A DNA stretch of 63,007 nucleotides, counting the filler, from Choristocarpus tenellus KU-1152 (Eukaryota; Protista; Phaeophyceae), in NCBI GenBank assembly GCA_964200185.2. It is 11 parts of 11 records of this genome, joined end to end, with 100 filler letters (N's around TTAATTAATTAA, not from the genome) between each part and the next. Parts side by side here need not be neighbours in the genome. Positions count along the whole stretch, not along the records: positions 34,867 to 41,394 come from CAXNAD020007932.1; positions 41,495 to 45,464 come from CAXNAD020016854.1; positions 45,565 to 49,641 come from CAXNAD020016344.1; positions 49,742 to 54,140 come from CAXNAD020014731.1; 7 more parts are not named here. One strand, given 5' to 3'. Positions 39,818-52,351 of the stretch are shown here, in pieces. The notes under the pieces are model-generated. The model saw only the letters and a program-made list of their open reading frames with translations, was not told where the DNA came from and did not search any database. The position numbers and the translations under genes were made by a program. Within the stretch, counting starts at the first letter, position 1. Every line of letters begins with the position of its first letter.

Positions 39818-41950
39818 CTGATAAAGAAAAGAAAAAAAAAGAATTACGGTGAATAAAAAATAAAATAAAAATAAAGTTTGGTGGGGTATTAATATTTCAT
39901 TTTTTAAAATTAAGGCAACTCCCTGTAACACACACACACACAACATTCAAATTAATATAAAAATGAACAGTGGATTCAAACCTTTTTCATTCTTCACATT
40001 TAAGAAAAAATCTTGAGTCTATTGAGATCGTAGCAATTCCATGCAAGAGCCGTAACACAAATAATAACACAATTTCAACAAACAATACATACACCGATCC
40101 TCCCCCCTCCTCCTCCCCCCCAAAAGAATATTATTGCCATTACTATGGAGATAAACACAGAGCGTTTGTGAAGACAAGATGCTCATTAATTATTTTTTAA
40201 ATTGAAAATAGATGTGAAACCCATCAAAAGGTTGGCCAAGGAGTTAGTTAGCCAAGATGCAACAGGTCATCGCACATACTGTGGCACGACAGTATCCCAT
40301 GTCAGTACCATAACATATAAAAAAAAGATACGTGACTTGCTAGCAACCATTCTATCCGATGCAGACCACATACCATTCACTATGTTTTTATTTCTTTATC
40401 GTTCACCTAAGTATTGAACAGGCATTGTCATGGGGGAGACAATGAGAGACAATTAGAGACATAAAAGGCAGAAGAGTACAATGAACACAACAACAACAAT
40501 AATAATAATAATAATAATAACAATAGCCTGGGTATTTCTCACAGTAAAGTCCTCCCAACACACCGGTAGCAGTAGCAGTTGTACTATACAAGATTAACTT
40601 TCACTTACACACCTCCCTCCAGTGTCAAAATAATATTTTAAAAATCTCCACTATCTCCATTATCTTTAACCTACCGTCCAATGACTACAAAAAACATAAT
40701 ATTTCTGTTCTGATATCATCAACCAAGAAAAAATAACAAAAACAAACTACGGTACATCACCGGAGGGCATCAGAATCCATCAACAAGGAAAAATACATAA
40801 ATTGAAAAAACAAATGTTTTTCGACTCCTTACCCATCTCCACTCACCACTTCCGATTCAAAACAAGCCTTTTCCATCTTACATTCATTTCCTTACATTCC
40901 AGACATAGAGTTTGTAAAAAACATCAATTTCTCTCGACAGAATGAAAAGGAAACAAAAAGGCGCCGGTTCAAAAATAAATAAATGGATACTTATCTCTCC
41001 ATTTTTATTTTTCAACAAAAATAAAAAAGTGTATAGAATGCCTGAAAATAGTATTGGTGGGGTATGTTGTGAGGGTATTAATTAACACACATTGGAGGCA
41101 AGGTTAGACTTTTCACAAAAAATCGCTTCTGAGAAAAAAAAGTCCACATAGGACAGCATAAGGTACAGAGCAGTAAATGAAATATTGACGGTACAGGGTA
41201 CCCCTAAACTCATTGACAGAATTAGGTAAAACACCCCCCCCCCAAAAGATTAAACACATGTTTGAAACAAAACAAAAATACTATAAAAAAAAAAAAAAAA
41301 CACCTGTCACGCCTTATCAATACTTCAGTTACTTTCACAAATCCACATTATCGTTATCTATCTCAAAGTCTTACCATGCCGCCAGCTCTTCCACNNNNNN
41401 NNNNNNNNNNNNNNNNNNNNNNNNNNNNNNNNNNNNNNTTAATTAATTAANNNNNNNNNNNNNNNNNNNNNNNNNNNNNNNNNNNNNNNNNNNNTGTCCA
41501 GCGTTAATTTTGCGACAAGGGTACAGTGGCAACATGTCGCCGTCATTAACCTCCATTGGGAACAACATCTGTTGCCTTTTGCGAATGAAGACTCCGATGC
41601 AGGTGCTTATGGCAGCAGCAGCAGCCTCACTCAGCGCAAAACTGTTGTTATTAGCTGCCCAAACACCTTATATGATATACTGTTTCCTGATCGTCTACAA
41701 CGGGCTGTGGGAGGGACAGGTCATGTAGCGGTCTTCCGGCCCCGTACGTACGTACTTGCTCCCGTCCCGATAATACTGTCTTTGCCTTGAATACAGCAGT
41801 AAAAAACAGGAGCAAAGACAAATATTTATTGTTACATACACTCGATTTTTGTCACGTACCTGGTACGTGTTAACAAGTGGCCATTTTCTTACACCTCTAA
41901 GCAGATTTATTTGATTTACAGACGCGATGTTGCTCTCCCCCATTCGCTAG

Positions 41951-44900
41951 AGTATCCAAGCGGATCGGCTGGTCATCGCCAACAACACCAGCAGCGCCAT
42001 GCGGACCAAAGCCGACGGCAAACCTCTTGGCTTCGTGTTCATGTCTGTAGATGCGGTGAACCAGACATCCCACGCCCTCCCAGCACTTTACCCACCTACC
42101 CACGGCGGTGACAGGTAACCACAGGCACGCATAGTCCATTTGTCAACAAGTTAGCAGCCGCACGCAGAACAGAATAGACCACCCTGTTTTATTCAACGAA
42201 TGAGTGCAAAGTCCCAAGAAATAACCGCCAAAACAGACGCACATAATTCCACTACGTATTCCGTTCATCATGATGATGACGCACCGAATACCTTCCTTTA
42301 CACGTTTCTTTGGTTCATGTCCTTGTTATCAGGGGCTACTCCGAGCGCCAGAAGATCATGGCCGCACACGTCGAAGGCCAGTTCGCGGAGGTGTTCTTCA
42401 CTCCTTAAAATCTTGGAGGAGGTACGTATTGTGGGTTGTGGCTCAACAATCACACGACCGAATAGATGTTGGTTGCGCACGCACCCCTTAATTTAACGTC
42501 ATGATGAGGGGACCCGCCGCAGGTTAGATACCCGAGGTGTCGAAGGCCAGTTCGTGGAGGTGTTTTTCACTCCTCAAAATCTTGGAGGAGGTACGTATTT
42601 TGGGTTATGGCTCAACAATCACACGACCAAATAGATGCTGGTTGCGCACGCACCACTTGATTTAATGTCATGGTGAGGGGACCTGCCGCAGGTTAGATAC
42701 CCGAGGATGAGTACATCCTCGCACGATTTGCCTACAGATACCGCAAGCCTGGTGAACAGTTGATTAACTGATGATGCGCTGTGCTCCCCTGCCCTCGTAC
42801 GCCTCAGCTTTGGAAGGGCGAGAGGAGCGTAAGAGCTAATCAAGGAGGAGGGAAACCGACAGACATGAATATCAGCCAGTCGGGTGTATATGCTCTATAT
42901 CGCAAAAACACATTCCATTACCCCTCTTTTTAGTTCCAAGTAAACAATGCGTAAGTAAGCAGAGTACTATTTGCCAACTAACGGCAGACATCACCGTTCG
43001 CGCAGGTTGTAACCTTGTCTGCACAGCCACCCACCTTATCCTCACAAGGCTTATCGACAAGTACCACAACAGCCTCGATCACGGGGGGGGGTTGCATCAT
43101 CCAGCACGCGCATTGGCAGGTAAGAAAGTTTCATCTTGACACGACCTACTCAACATATACTCGCCGAATACTGGCCACCAAGTAGCTAGCTGCATGGTGT
43201 TTAGTTTTGGTTTGTGTGTTGCAACCTGCATGTATGGTGGGGGTGATGTAGAGCTTGCACTCTAGCACTACCGGAAACATGCACTATTTCTCCACGAAAC
43301 ATGGTGAAATGGGCTGACATATCGACCTCACGCCTATCCCTCCCTCGCTCCCAACTCCCCAAACTGGCCAGGTCGACAACTGCGTCTCAGAGAACAAGAA
43401 CAATTTCTTTCTCGGATATGCCCGAGCTCTTGGTCGCGGCGAGTGTCATTCGTGTGGTTGAGATACATTTTATGATGGTGGGGCACACGCACATCAAGAT
43501 CGATCAGATCTTCTCCAGGTAATTAGGCAAGTTATATAAATGCGATTGCCACATGGTGTTTTTAGACGAACAGATACTGCCTTGAGGCTTGCAGTTCATG
43601 CTTGTTGCGTCTCTGGAAGGTTTATGGTCATACACTGCAATTGGTTGATTGACTTTTGATTTCCCCACAACAAAATAGCACGAGAAGAGCAGCCGGCAAA
43701 ACTGTGTTGTAACCTAGTCTCGAAACAAAACAAAACAAAATTGTACGCATCACTCCTTATATTTATACTTCCATATAAATGCATTAGAGCATGTGCCTGC
43801 ATATATATCTTGCTTCTCCACTTCATTTCCTTAGCCCCTGCCTCAAAATTAACTTGCTTGCATTTCACCTTCAGGTTCTCACGTGGTATCAAAGGGAAGA
43901 ACATATTCACAAGAACACAGCTGAGTGAAGAGCTGCAGGCCTCTTACACGGAGGTTCCAGTCTACTGCAAGACCCTACGGAACGAGGGCAACTTCAAGGG
44001 ACTCCTTCGCGGTTGTGTCAACCGTGTTCCCAACATCACGAGCTACAGGGCTTTTCACATTGAAAAAGGCGGTGATGGGCGAGTTAAGGTTAGCGTAAAG
44101 CTATACATGCACTGCACCGCATGGAGTGGGATAGGCGGAGACGTTGCTATCGACCCCAACGCCTCTCCGCACGACCTCTTCATCGGCCACCCGCCTCGTC
44201 TCCAAGATGCACCACCCTACCGGCTCAAGGGCTTTCCTGAAGACGTCATCCTGAAGGTGGAGCAGCTGTACCAGGCGTCGCACGAGCGCCTCGCTGTTGC
44301 GTACCCACTGGGTAAGTGGAACAATTCGTGAGGGGAGTTGATGGCCAATTTTTGTATTCGGTGGCAGCCAAAAAAATCTGGTGCAACTTCTGTATGATGC
44401 AGCCTTTACAGTCTATACAAAAACCTTGAAAAATATTCCATTCTCATGCGTAGTGATCGTCACGTGTCACAATAAACAAGTACTATAGATTACCCCCAAT
44501 AAATGTTTTGAGTGTACCGGTCTTGTACTCAACAGCGACGGACCCAACGAAATCTACACCCTACCTCTCACTACATGCTCCCCGAGCGCATTCGTGCAAC
44601 CTCACGGTTGGTTACAAACTCACATTCATGCTTCCATACCATTGATGTTCTCATGCTCATGGATTCCACCTTCGCAGACGATGAAGCCGTTCAGAGAGCG
44701 AAACACAAGCAAAGCGAGTCTGTGCGGCTTCTCAAAGAGACAGGAGACTTCCACCTCCCAGTCCATTGGCTTCCCACCGATGAGGATGGCGCTGGAACTG
44801 GTACCAGCGACGTCAAAGACACCAACAAGGGCGAACGTTCGGGTGGAGGAGGTAATCTCGTCAGCGGTGACAATGATCTCGGCGGGCTCGAGGAAACAGA

Positions 44901-45411
44901 CGCTTCCTCATCGGACAGTGACAAGGAAGAAGCTGGCCTCCGTCGACGGGGTTGGCCTCGTGCTACCTTGAGATCGGCGAACGATGGAAACCTTGTCACC
45001 CTGCAGGAAGGCAGGTTTGCCTTTTTTGTGGCAACGGAGGCGCCGCTCTTGGTCAGCAAGATCCTAGCGGAGCGCATCGGCAACGACGGGGAGCGTGGGG
45101 TGAATCTTCACTGGCTTCGGCCGACCAGTGACCACACACGTGACAATGCCGCGTTTCTGACCCTTGAAAAGTACGGGAAAAGTACTTTTGTCGAAGGCTA
45201 CATACACGCTGGTGATAGATCCTGGAGAATTGGGAAACTGAAGCGGGTTAAAGACGTAAGCTGGGAACCCGTGGCGGGTATTGTTTCGACGTGCGAGAAA
45301 CTTGTTGGGAACGGCAAAAAGATTCCTACCAAGCAAGGTCTTGACAGTTCTACGGTCTGCTACAGAGGCGAGGGAAAGGGGGCGTTTTGTGGGAGAAGGA
45401 TGGAAGACTAG
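41951..45411 (+). pseudogene. Intron-containing Sola-like (DUF7869-type) DDD transposase, disrupted
   Basis: Exons 41951-42114 (FMSVDAVNQTSHALP), 42333-42421, 43006-43119 (GCNLVCT...HWQ), 43372-43518 (VDNCVSENKNNFF...FMMVGHTHIKIDQIFS), 43875-44311, 44678-45411. DxxxQ, DNCxxENKN and GHTHxxID motifs. Lesions: TAA at 42406, +1 in the G-run near 43090, +1 near 43421. Confidence 0.82.
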
Positions 45412-45780
45412 ATTCAAGGGACGAGGAGAGGAGAGGGGGGGGGAGAGGGGGGACGAAAAGGAGGNNNNNNNNNNNNNNNNNNNNNNNNNNNNNNNNNNNN
45501 NNNNNNNNTTAATTAATTAANNNNNNNNNNNNNNNNNNNNNNNNNNNNNNNNNNNNNNNNNNNNGGGCCTTGCATGCCCCACCTAAATATAATCAATCAC
45601 TCTACAGACACATATGTCACTGCAATCCATGTCCAATTTGTGTTTAAGTTCGGCTGAATTCGTTGGAATTAATTCTGACGATAGTCGCTGCATTGCCAGT
45701 ACGTCAACATATTAGATGTGAGGTGAACTCTGTCTCTTCGCGGATTTGGTTGAGTGTTAGAGATGTAGGCAATTAAGGTT

Positions 45781-45805
45781 GGTTAGGGTTAGGGTTAGGG
45801 TTAGG
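45781..45805 (+). repeat. Interstitial telomere-type (TTAGGG)n tract; others at about 4525, 12508, 13444, 13688, 37378, 37973, 48780, 61714, 62060, 62158, 62452
   Basis: Two to four consecutive TTAGGG/CCCTAA units, on both strands. Confidence 0.9.
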
Positions 45806-46115
45806 ATCATGGGTGTTGCCTTCAGGTCTTACGTTGTCAGCGACTTGGGTGGATGGGATGATTACGGTAGGATGGAGGCTTTGGATGGTGGGCTGCCAAC
45901 AGGATATGGTGTGCATGGCGCTCTGATATGGGAATAAAGAGATTACACGCTGCTTAGATATCGCCACGGATGCATGCAGTATTTCGACCCCCGGTCGGTG
46001 TTGGGTTATGTCCAACGTCAAACGCGGTCGGGGTCTGTGATGCTAGCACTGCCGGTGGCAGAAGACGGTTTATGAACCATTTCAATCAAACCAATTATAG
46101 ATGCCGGAGTAGTGA

Positions 46116-46930
46116 TTTTGGTGATACCACTATTTACAGCTGGTGTGTATACGGTTCTAATGGCGAGAAATACAGGGCATCGAGTTTGAAAATGTTGGTG
46201 AAAGCACTGCTGACAGCTGGTGTGTACATGTTTCTATTAGGAATAGATACGGGGGCATCGAATTTGAAAACGTTGGGGATACCACTACTGACAGCTGGTG
46301 TGTACACGGTTGTAATGGTAAGAAATACAGGGGGATCGAATTTGAAAATGTTGGTGATACCACGGCTGACAGCTGGTGTGTGCACAGTTCTAATGGTGAT
46401 AAATACGGGGGCATCAAATTTGAAAATGTTGGTGATACCACTATTGATAGCTGATGTGTACACGGTTGTAATGGGGACAAAAACAGGGCATCGGATTTCA
46501 AAATGTTGGTGATACCCCTACTACTGACAGCTGTTGTGTACACGGGTGTAATGGTAATAAATACAGGGCATCAGATTTGAAAATGTTGGTGACACCACTA
46601 TTGACAGCTGATGTGTACACGGACGGTTCTAATGGTGATGGATACAGGGGCATGGGATTTCAAAATGTTGGTGTGACCACTATTGACAGCTGGTGTGTTC
46701 ACGTTTTTAATGATCATATATATAGAGGCATACAACTTCAAAATGTTGGTGATAGCACTGCTGACAGCTGGTGTGTACACAGTTCTAATGGTGAAAAATA
46801 CAGGGCATCGAATTTGAAAAATGTTGGTGATAGCACTGCTGACAGCTGGTGTGTACACGGTTCTAATGGTAATAAATACAGGGCATCGAATTTGAAAATG
46901 TTGGTGACACCAATATTGACTGCTGCTTCG
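46116..46930 (+). repeat. ~78-bp tandem repeat, ~11 units, probably once coding
   Basis: Anchor gacagctg at about 46135, 46212, 46290, 46368, 46446, 46526, 46603, 46685, 46764, 46842, 46918. Confidence 0.95.
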
Positions 46931-48736
46931 TACAAACTCCGAATGCAAATGAACACATGAACATGTGTAGAGACGTGTGGTTGTTTTCACGACCGAGAAA
47001 ATCGCAATGAGGGGTGGATACGTTGGAAACTCTTCAACACCGCACACGTCGCCAATCTTGACCTAACGTGCTACATAATGCGATGGGGTATCAATCGCTA
47101 CCACTTTGCACTGTATTGTGCGGGAGGGAATGTAGTTAGGAGCGTGTCTGTGTCGTGTCTGTTTGTACGGGCGATCTCGTGTGAATCGATGTGTAGCGTG
47201 GTGGATAGCAACGCCGTCTACGCCTAACCCGAATTTGGGCTATACATTAAGAAAGCAATAACGAGATAATTCCTAATGCGAGGGGTATGTTCGTGCTTTC
47301 ACCAAAGCCGAATACAAGAGATGTTGGAACCCTTATCGAGAGGAACGTGTACATAGAAATTGGCGGGATACGTTACACATCGTGAATGGCTGGTTGTTGA
47401 GGAAGGCTTGACCCGGATGGTCGTGTTGGGTACGGCACGCTATGCGACAATGGTTGGGTTAGGGGCCGGGACTACGGGGTCATACAACCGCTTGGGTACA
47501 CGATGATGTCACCCACATGCTGAAACATGCTATGTAAACGGATGAAAGTCGCAACATCCGTGAAAGGCGCTAAATCATTATGGTGTTTGCGATATTGGTC
47601 ATTCAGAAACACTCCCGAATGAGCTGCACAAGGGTGCACATTTCTGGTAGGGGGACTCAACTTCTGGCTCCCTTTGGAGGCATGGCAGCGTTCGGTGGTT
47701 GGACTAAGCCTCTCGTTTGATTGCGTGATGTCTGCATTGGGTGGGCACGTTGCAAATGGGACAGGGGAAACCGACAGAAGGAGTGAGAGAAATTGTTTTG
47801 CGCATCAAGTCAGGTCCAGAGAGGATGGCATGTCGCGGTTGGGTTACATCATCCTTGAGTCATACGCACCTGATCACCTTGCACGAAGAAGAAGTCCTGT
47901 CGTCTTTTTCCCTTCCGACACACCCGGTGTTTAGCGTTACGTACAGCGCGCAGGGATAGCGGCAGACGAGCTCGATCCTCGTAGAAAGGATACGCAACTA
48001 GTCTCCCTTGACCAAGAAAGTATGGTCTTTTCAACCTATTTTTTTTTTAGGTTGTGTAACAATTTCACTATATTGTCTGGGACAGGTTCCTTTTTGGGAT
48101 CTCCGACACACACACTTGTGCATAAGACGCGAGGTCATATACAATTGCGCGCGCCAACCACGTCATTTGAGCCGACCAGTCCAATAAACCAACCACACCT
48201 ATAAGATCCGGATTTGACCAAACAGCCAAAATGGACTCTCAGAACGAAGAACCATTCCGATTCTGACTGATCCATTTCTCTGCTGTGACATTGCTCGGGA
48301 AAATCTGTTGTGTTTTGAAGTTTTTGGTTCTGTGCTGGATTTCCTCAACTGACTTTGAGATGTTGGGCCAAGACCTTTGATACTCGGTCTCACCCTCTGA
48401 GGTGGAAGAGTTCACTCCGGTGATTGTGATTGCCCCCTTGAGCAGAGAACTTGGCACCTTTGACACCTCCACAATATCAAGAAAAGAACAACCGCCCCAA
48501 AAATGGTATGTGCATCTGGGGATATATATATAGACCTACACCACATGAAACGTTCGGTATCCCTTCCACCAAAAAACCCATCCTACACAATAGTTTAACG
48601 TACGACAGAACACGTCACTTGTAGTACATACATACGCCAATATATTCGAACATTTATCAACCATTTTCCAAAAAATCAGATCAAAGCATACACTCTGCCA
48701 TATGACAAACTACCTAGCACAAATACTACATGCGTG

Positions 48737-49445
48737 CCCCCCCCACTCACAATAATTGGCCTCTGTTTGCCACTGGCGATAACCCTAACCCATTCGCACC
48801 TTGTCCACCAATGCACTAATCACGCCATAGAAATCGTTGCAATTGTGTCACATACATGCCTTATACCTTCATGTCGACACCACGCATGACATGCTAATCG
48901 CACATACGCACTTTTTGATCGACCACACACCATCCGTGCACACTTGCAACCATCACCCTCTATTTTACATAAGCCTGCCAACCGACAAACTAACCCAAAC
49001 CTCTAAGTTATCGTTTTCTTCTCGCACCTTAACGTCTGTCATTTACCAAGCAATTGTTACAGGAACAGGTAGCACATTTACGATGTGCATGGTTCTCCCC
49101 ACTCACAATAATTGGCCTCTATTTCCCACTGGCGACGGACTCACCCCTCCCGCCCCTTACCAACCCATGCACTAAACACGCAATAGATATCATTGACCCA
49201 TTATGTCACGTCCATGCCTACCCTTCTCATCGACAACATGCATGACGTGCTAATCGCATATCGAACTTCTCAATCGACTGCACACCGTCTGTGCAACTTG
49301 CAATCATCGTCCTCTATTTTGAATAAGTCTGCCAATCGGTAAACTCGCGCAAAACTCCAAGTTTTTGTTTCTTTCTCGTGTCAACGTCGGCCATGTACCC
49401 ATCGCTTGTTGCAGGGATAGATAGCACATGTACTACATACATGAT
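48737..49445. repeat. Diverged ~356-bp tandem duplication
   Basis: ccccactcacaataattggcctct begins copies at about 48741 and 49097; collinear throughout. Confidence 0.9.
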
Positions 49446-49626
49446 GACCCAAAGTATCTGGGGGAGGGAGAGGGTCTACACCAGAGTGTCCGTTTGAACC
49501 AAAACCAGGAAAAGTGCACTTTCATTATTCATTCAACGTATGGAACCAAATCACCTAAAAATCATGACATGAAAAATTGGCCCCAAATAGACAGCCGCCA
49601 CCCCCCCCCCCCAGATACCTTGGGTC
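49446..49626. mobile_element. MITE family A
   Basis: gacccaaagtatctggg...cccagataccttgggtc. Confidence 0.9.
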
Positions 49627-51081
49627 AGCACCAGGGGCCTCNNNNNNNNNNNNNNNNNNNNNNNNNNNNNNNNNNNNNNNNNNNNTTAATTAATTAANNN
49701 NNNNNNNNNNNNNNNNNNNNNNNNNNNNNNNNNNNNNNNNNTCGTCAATTTTGGGTTAAGCCCATCCTCATGAAAAGCTCCATCCTCAATTTTTGAAATC
49801 GGCTGTTAATTTAGCATTGAATATCATTGCGAAAGTTGATTTCCTCTCGTCGTTACGAATTAACTACCACACTGTATTTTTATTATAATACTCAGATTTG
49901 CAAACATAGTAATAATAATATGATTGCGTGTTGTAAAAAAAGACAGGAAGAGACTCGCACACACAGGCACTCTCACACACACGACAGTTGCATCACGCCA
50001 CACATTGCCATACGTGCCATAATATCCCGTATTGGACCCTTCTGTTCAAGTGACTCACCAAAAACAACTTGATCAGATGAACTCAGGGACGGATCGTTTA
50101 GTTCCTTGACAGACGGAAAAAATCCAAATTTTGACTTTTTTTAAATTTGGAGGCTGCTTTTCAAAGTACTGAAACCTTTTTTTGGACTTTTCGGTCTTTT
50201 CGGTGGATGGGGTCAATGTGAAGGGGTTGTGGCAAACTACGAAAAAATTTTGGTGTTGAGGTTGCAAGTAATTTTGTTGAAACTTCTGTTCTTCTTGTTG
50301 TAGCAATGTTCTTACAGGAACAACATTCAAAATAATCTACTCCATGGATTTATCCGCAACTAATTTGTAGTTCCTATTTTACAAACAAAGCGACAAACTT
50401 TTACGATGGTTGTAGGTTGTTGAGTTCATTTTCATTTTAGTATACATGTTCTCCACCAGATTTTTCCGTTAGAGAGAGAGTATTCTCGTCGGACCATTTT
50501 TTGATTCTATTCGTTGTCTTTAAAACGTTTTCATCTTTTGAACAGCATCTTCAACTAGAAGAGTTCCACATAATTTAAATATATAATTTAAACTGTTCAT
50601 AATATATTTAAATCATATTATGAAAAATATAAATGAGAATTTTAAAGACTGGCAATGAAGAAATATTCAATTTCATGGAAGTTTATCGGGTTGGGTGGTT
50701 ACAGTTTTGGGACTCACCTCTATCAACTTTGTTGTGTCATAACTTTTGATCAACATTTTTTTTCATGAAAATTCGTTTGTAATTGCATCATGGTTAACCT
50801 TATTTCATGGGTCTCCGTTGGTCAAGTTGGAGTAATCGCGAGAAATACAGGACAACACTTGAATCAAGATTTCCGCGCGCGGTTCGCACGAGGTACCACC
50901 TGTCGCACGCGAACCCTGCATTTAAGGATGGTTTTGATGCCAGAAGAGGTCATCTTCACCCATGGGCGTTGTTGTCTCTCCATTCTCTTTCCATTGTTTC
51001 CCGTTTATGCGATGTTGTCGCCTGCTGGTTAAGGCTCACTCATGAGGGTCCGGGCCTCGGAACCAGACAATCCATGCCAAG

Positions 51082-51750
51082 TCATATGAGATATTCTGAA
51101 GGTGCAGACCTCCTGTGAGACGTAAATAATGTCTTGTACACCCTGTCCAATTTGGTGCACTTCATCCCTTTCTCGTTGGAATATATCAGGTGGTAACCAA
51201 TACTCATCCTGAAGAACCTCTCCACACTTGGTCTGGACAACCCCTCTTCTTCCTTAAGACTGACAGGAATGTTGGCTCTCATTCCAGGCAACGTGTAGTC
51301 ACAATGGCCTCGTATACAGTCCTTCGCCCGCTCCCAGACCACCTGTATCGGGTTCAATTCACAGTAGTACTTTGGCATCAAGTAGTGTCCCTCAAGACGC
51401 TCAACCAGAATTTTAAGACTCAGTTCTACCGCCTTGAAATCCGGCTGCTCCCCAAGAACGTACGCCATGCTCATACTCTTATTCCTGTCCTTGCCCCCGT
51501 CCATGGTCATCCCTGGGATAAACAAACCTCTCCCTTGCAAAATCTGCCTCATCCTCTTAACCTGTCCAACATATTCCCCCTTCTCGACTTGTGGACAAGC
51601 GGAAATCCTCAATCTATATCCCTTGCCCCTGGCCTCCCAGTGGCACCGGACGATTTCAAATCCACTAGGGAGTGACTCCACCACAATGTCAAGGTTGCCA
51701 GGTGACAACTCGCAGCTCATTGGGCGTCACAGTGTCCTGTGAGTGGCTTA
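51082..51750 (-). mobile_element. IS630-Tc1-mariner (Sagan-like) transposase C-terminal fragment
   Basis: QPDFK...GHYLMPKYYCELNPIQVVWERAKDCIRGHCDYTLPGMRANIP matches the PKFHCELNPIExxWxxAKxxxRxxCDYT block. Confidence 0.82.
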
Positions 51751-52351
51751 AACTGTATTAAGCCGAGGTTCGCCCACGTACCGTTTTGGCGGTTACAAAT
51801 CTTGACTTTCTTGAAAACGTTACCCAACGATTTAATCAACGATCAGCATATCGAATGAATGCTGTAGAGCTAAGGTATCGATTTCTAGAAAGCAGGTCTT
51901 TCGCAAAAGTAGGTTTGGTCGTGATAACTCATTCCGAGACATTTTCAAGATTGTACCGAAAACATTCGGTTAAAATTTAACCTTGCCAAAATAAATGAGT
52001 GAAAAAACTGCTTTCCCAGAAATCGATACCTTAGATCTACAACGTTCATTCGATATGCTGATAGTCCATTAACTCGTTGGACAACCTTTTCAAAAAAATC
52101 AAGATTGATAACCGCCAAAACGGTACATGGGCGGACCTCGGCTTAATACAGTTTAAGCCACTCACAGGACACTGTGACACCCAATGAGCTCTGCGAGTTG
52201 TCACCTGACAACCTTGAAATTGTGGTGCAGTCACTCCCTGATGGATTTGAGTTCGTCCGGTACTGCTGGGAGGCCAGGGGCAAGGGATATAGATTGAGGA
52301 TTTCTGCTCGTCCACAAGGCGAGAGAGGAGAATATGTTGGACAGGTTAAGG
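51556..52351. repeat. Large inverted repeat (~340-bp arms, ~110-bp loop)
   Basis: 51556-51895 is the reverse complement of 52008-52351; ORFs 51082..51720(-) and 52174..52374(+) share CELSP.NL.IVV.SLP.GFE.VR..WEARGKGYRLRISA. Confidence 0.95.

Noticed and set aside
46116-46930. CRISPR-like appearance of the regularly spaced repeat
   Set aside because: Whole units are homologous with no unique spacers; no cas genes; eukaryotic context.
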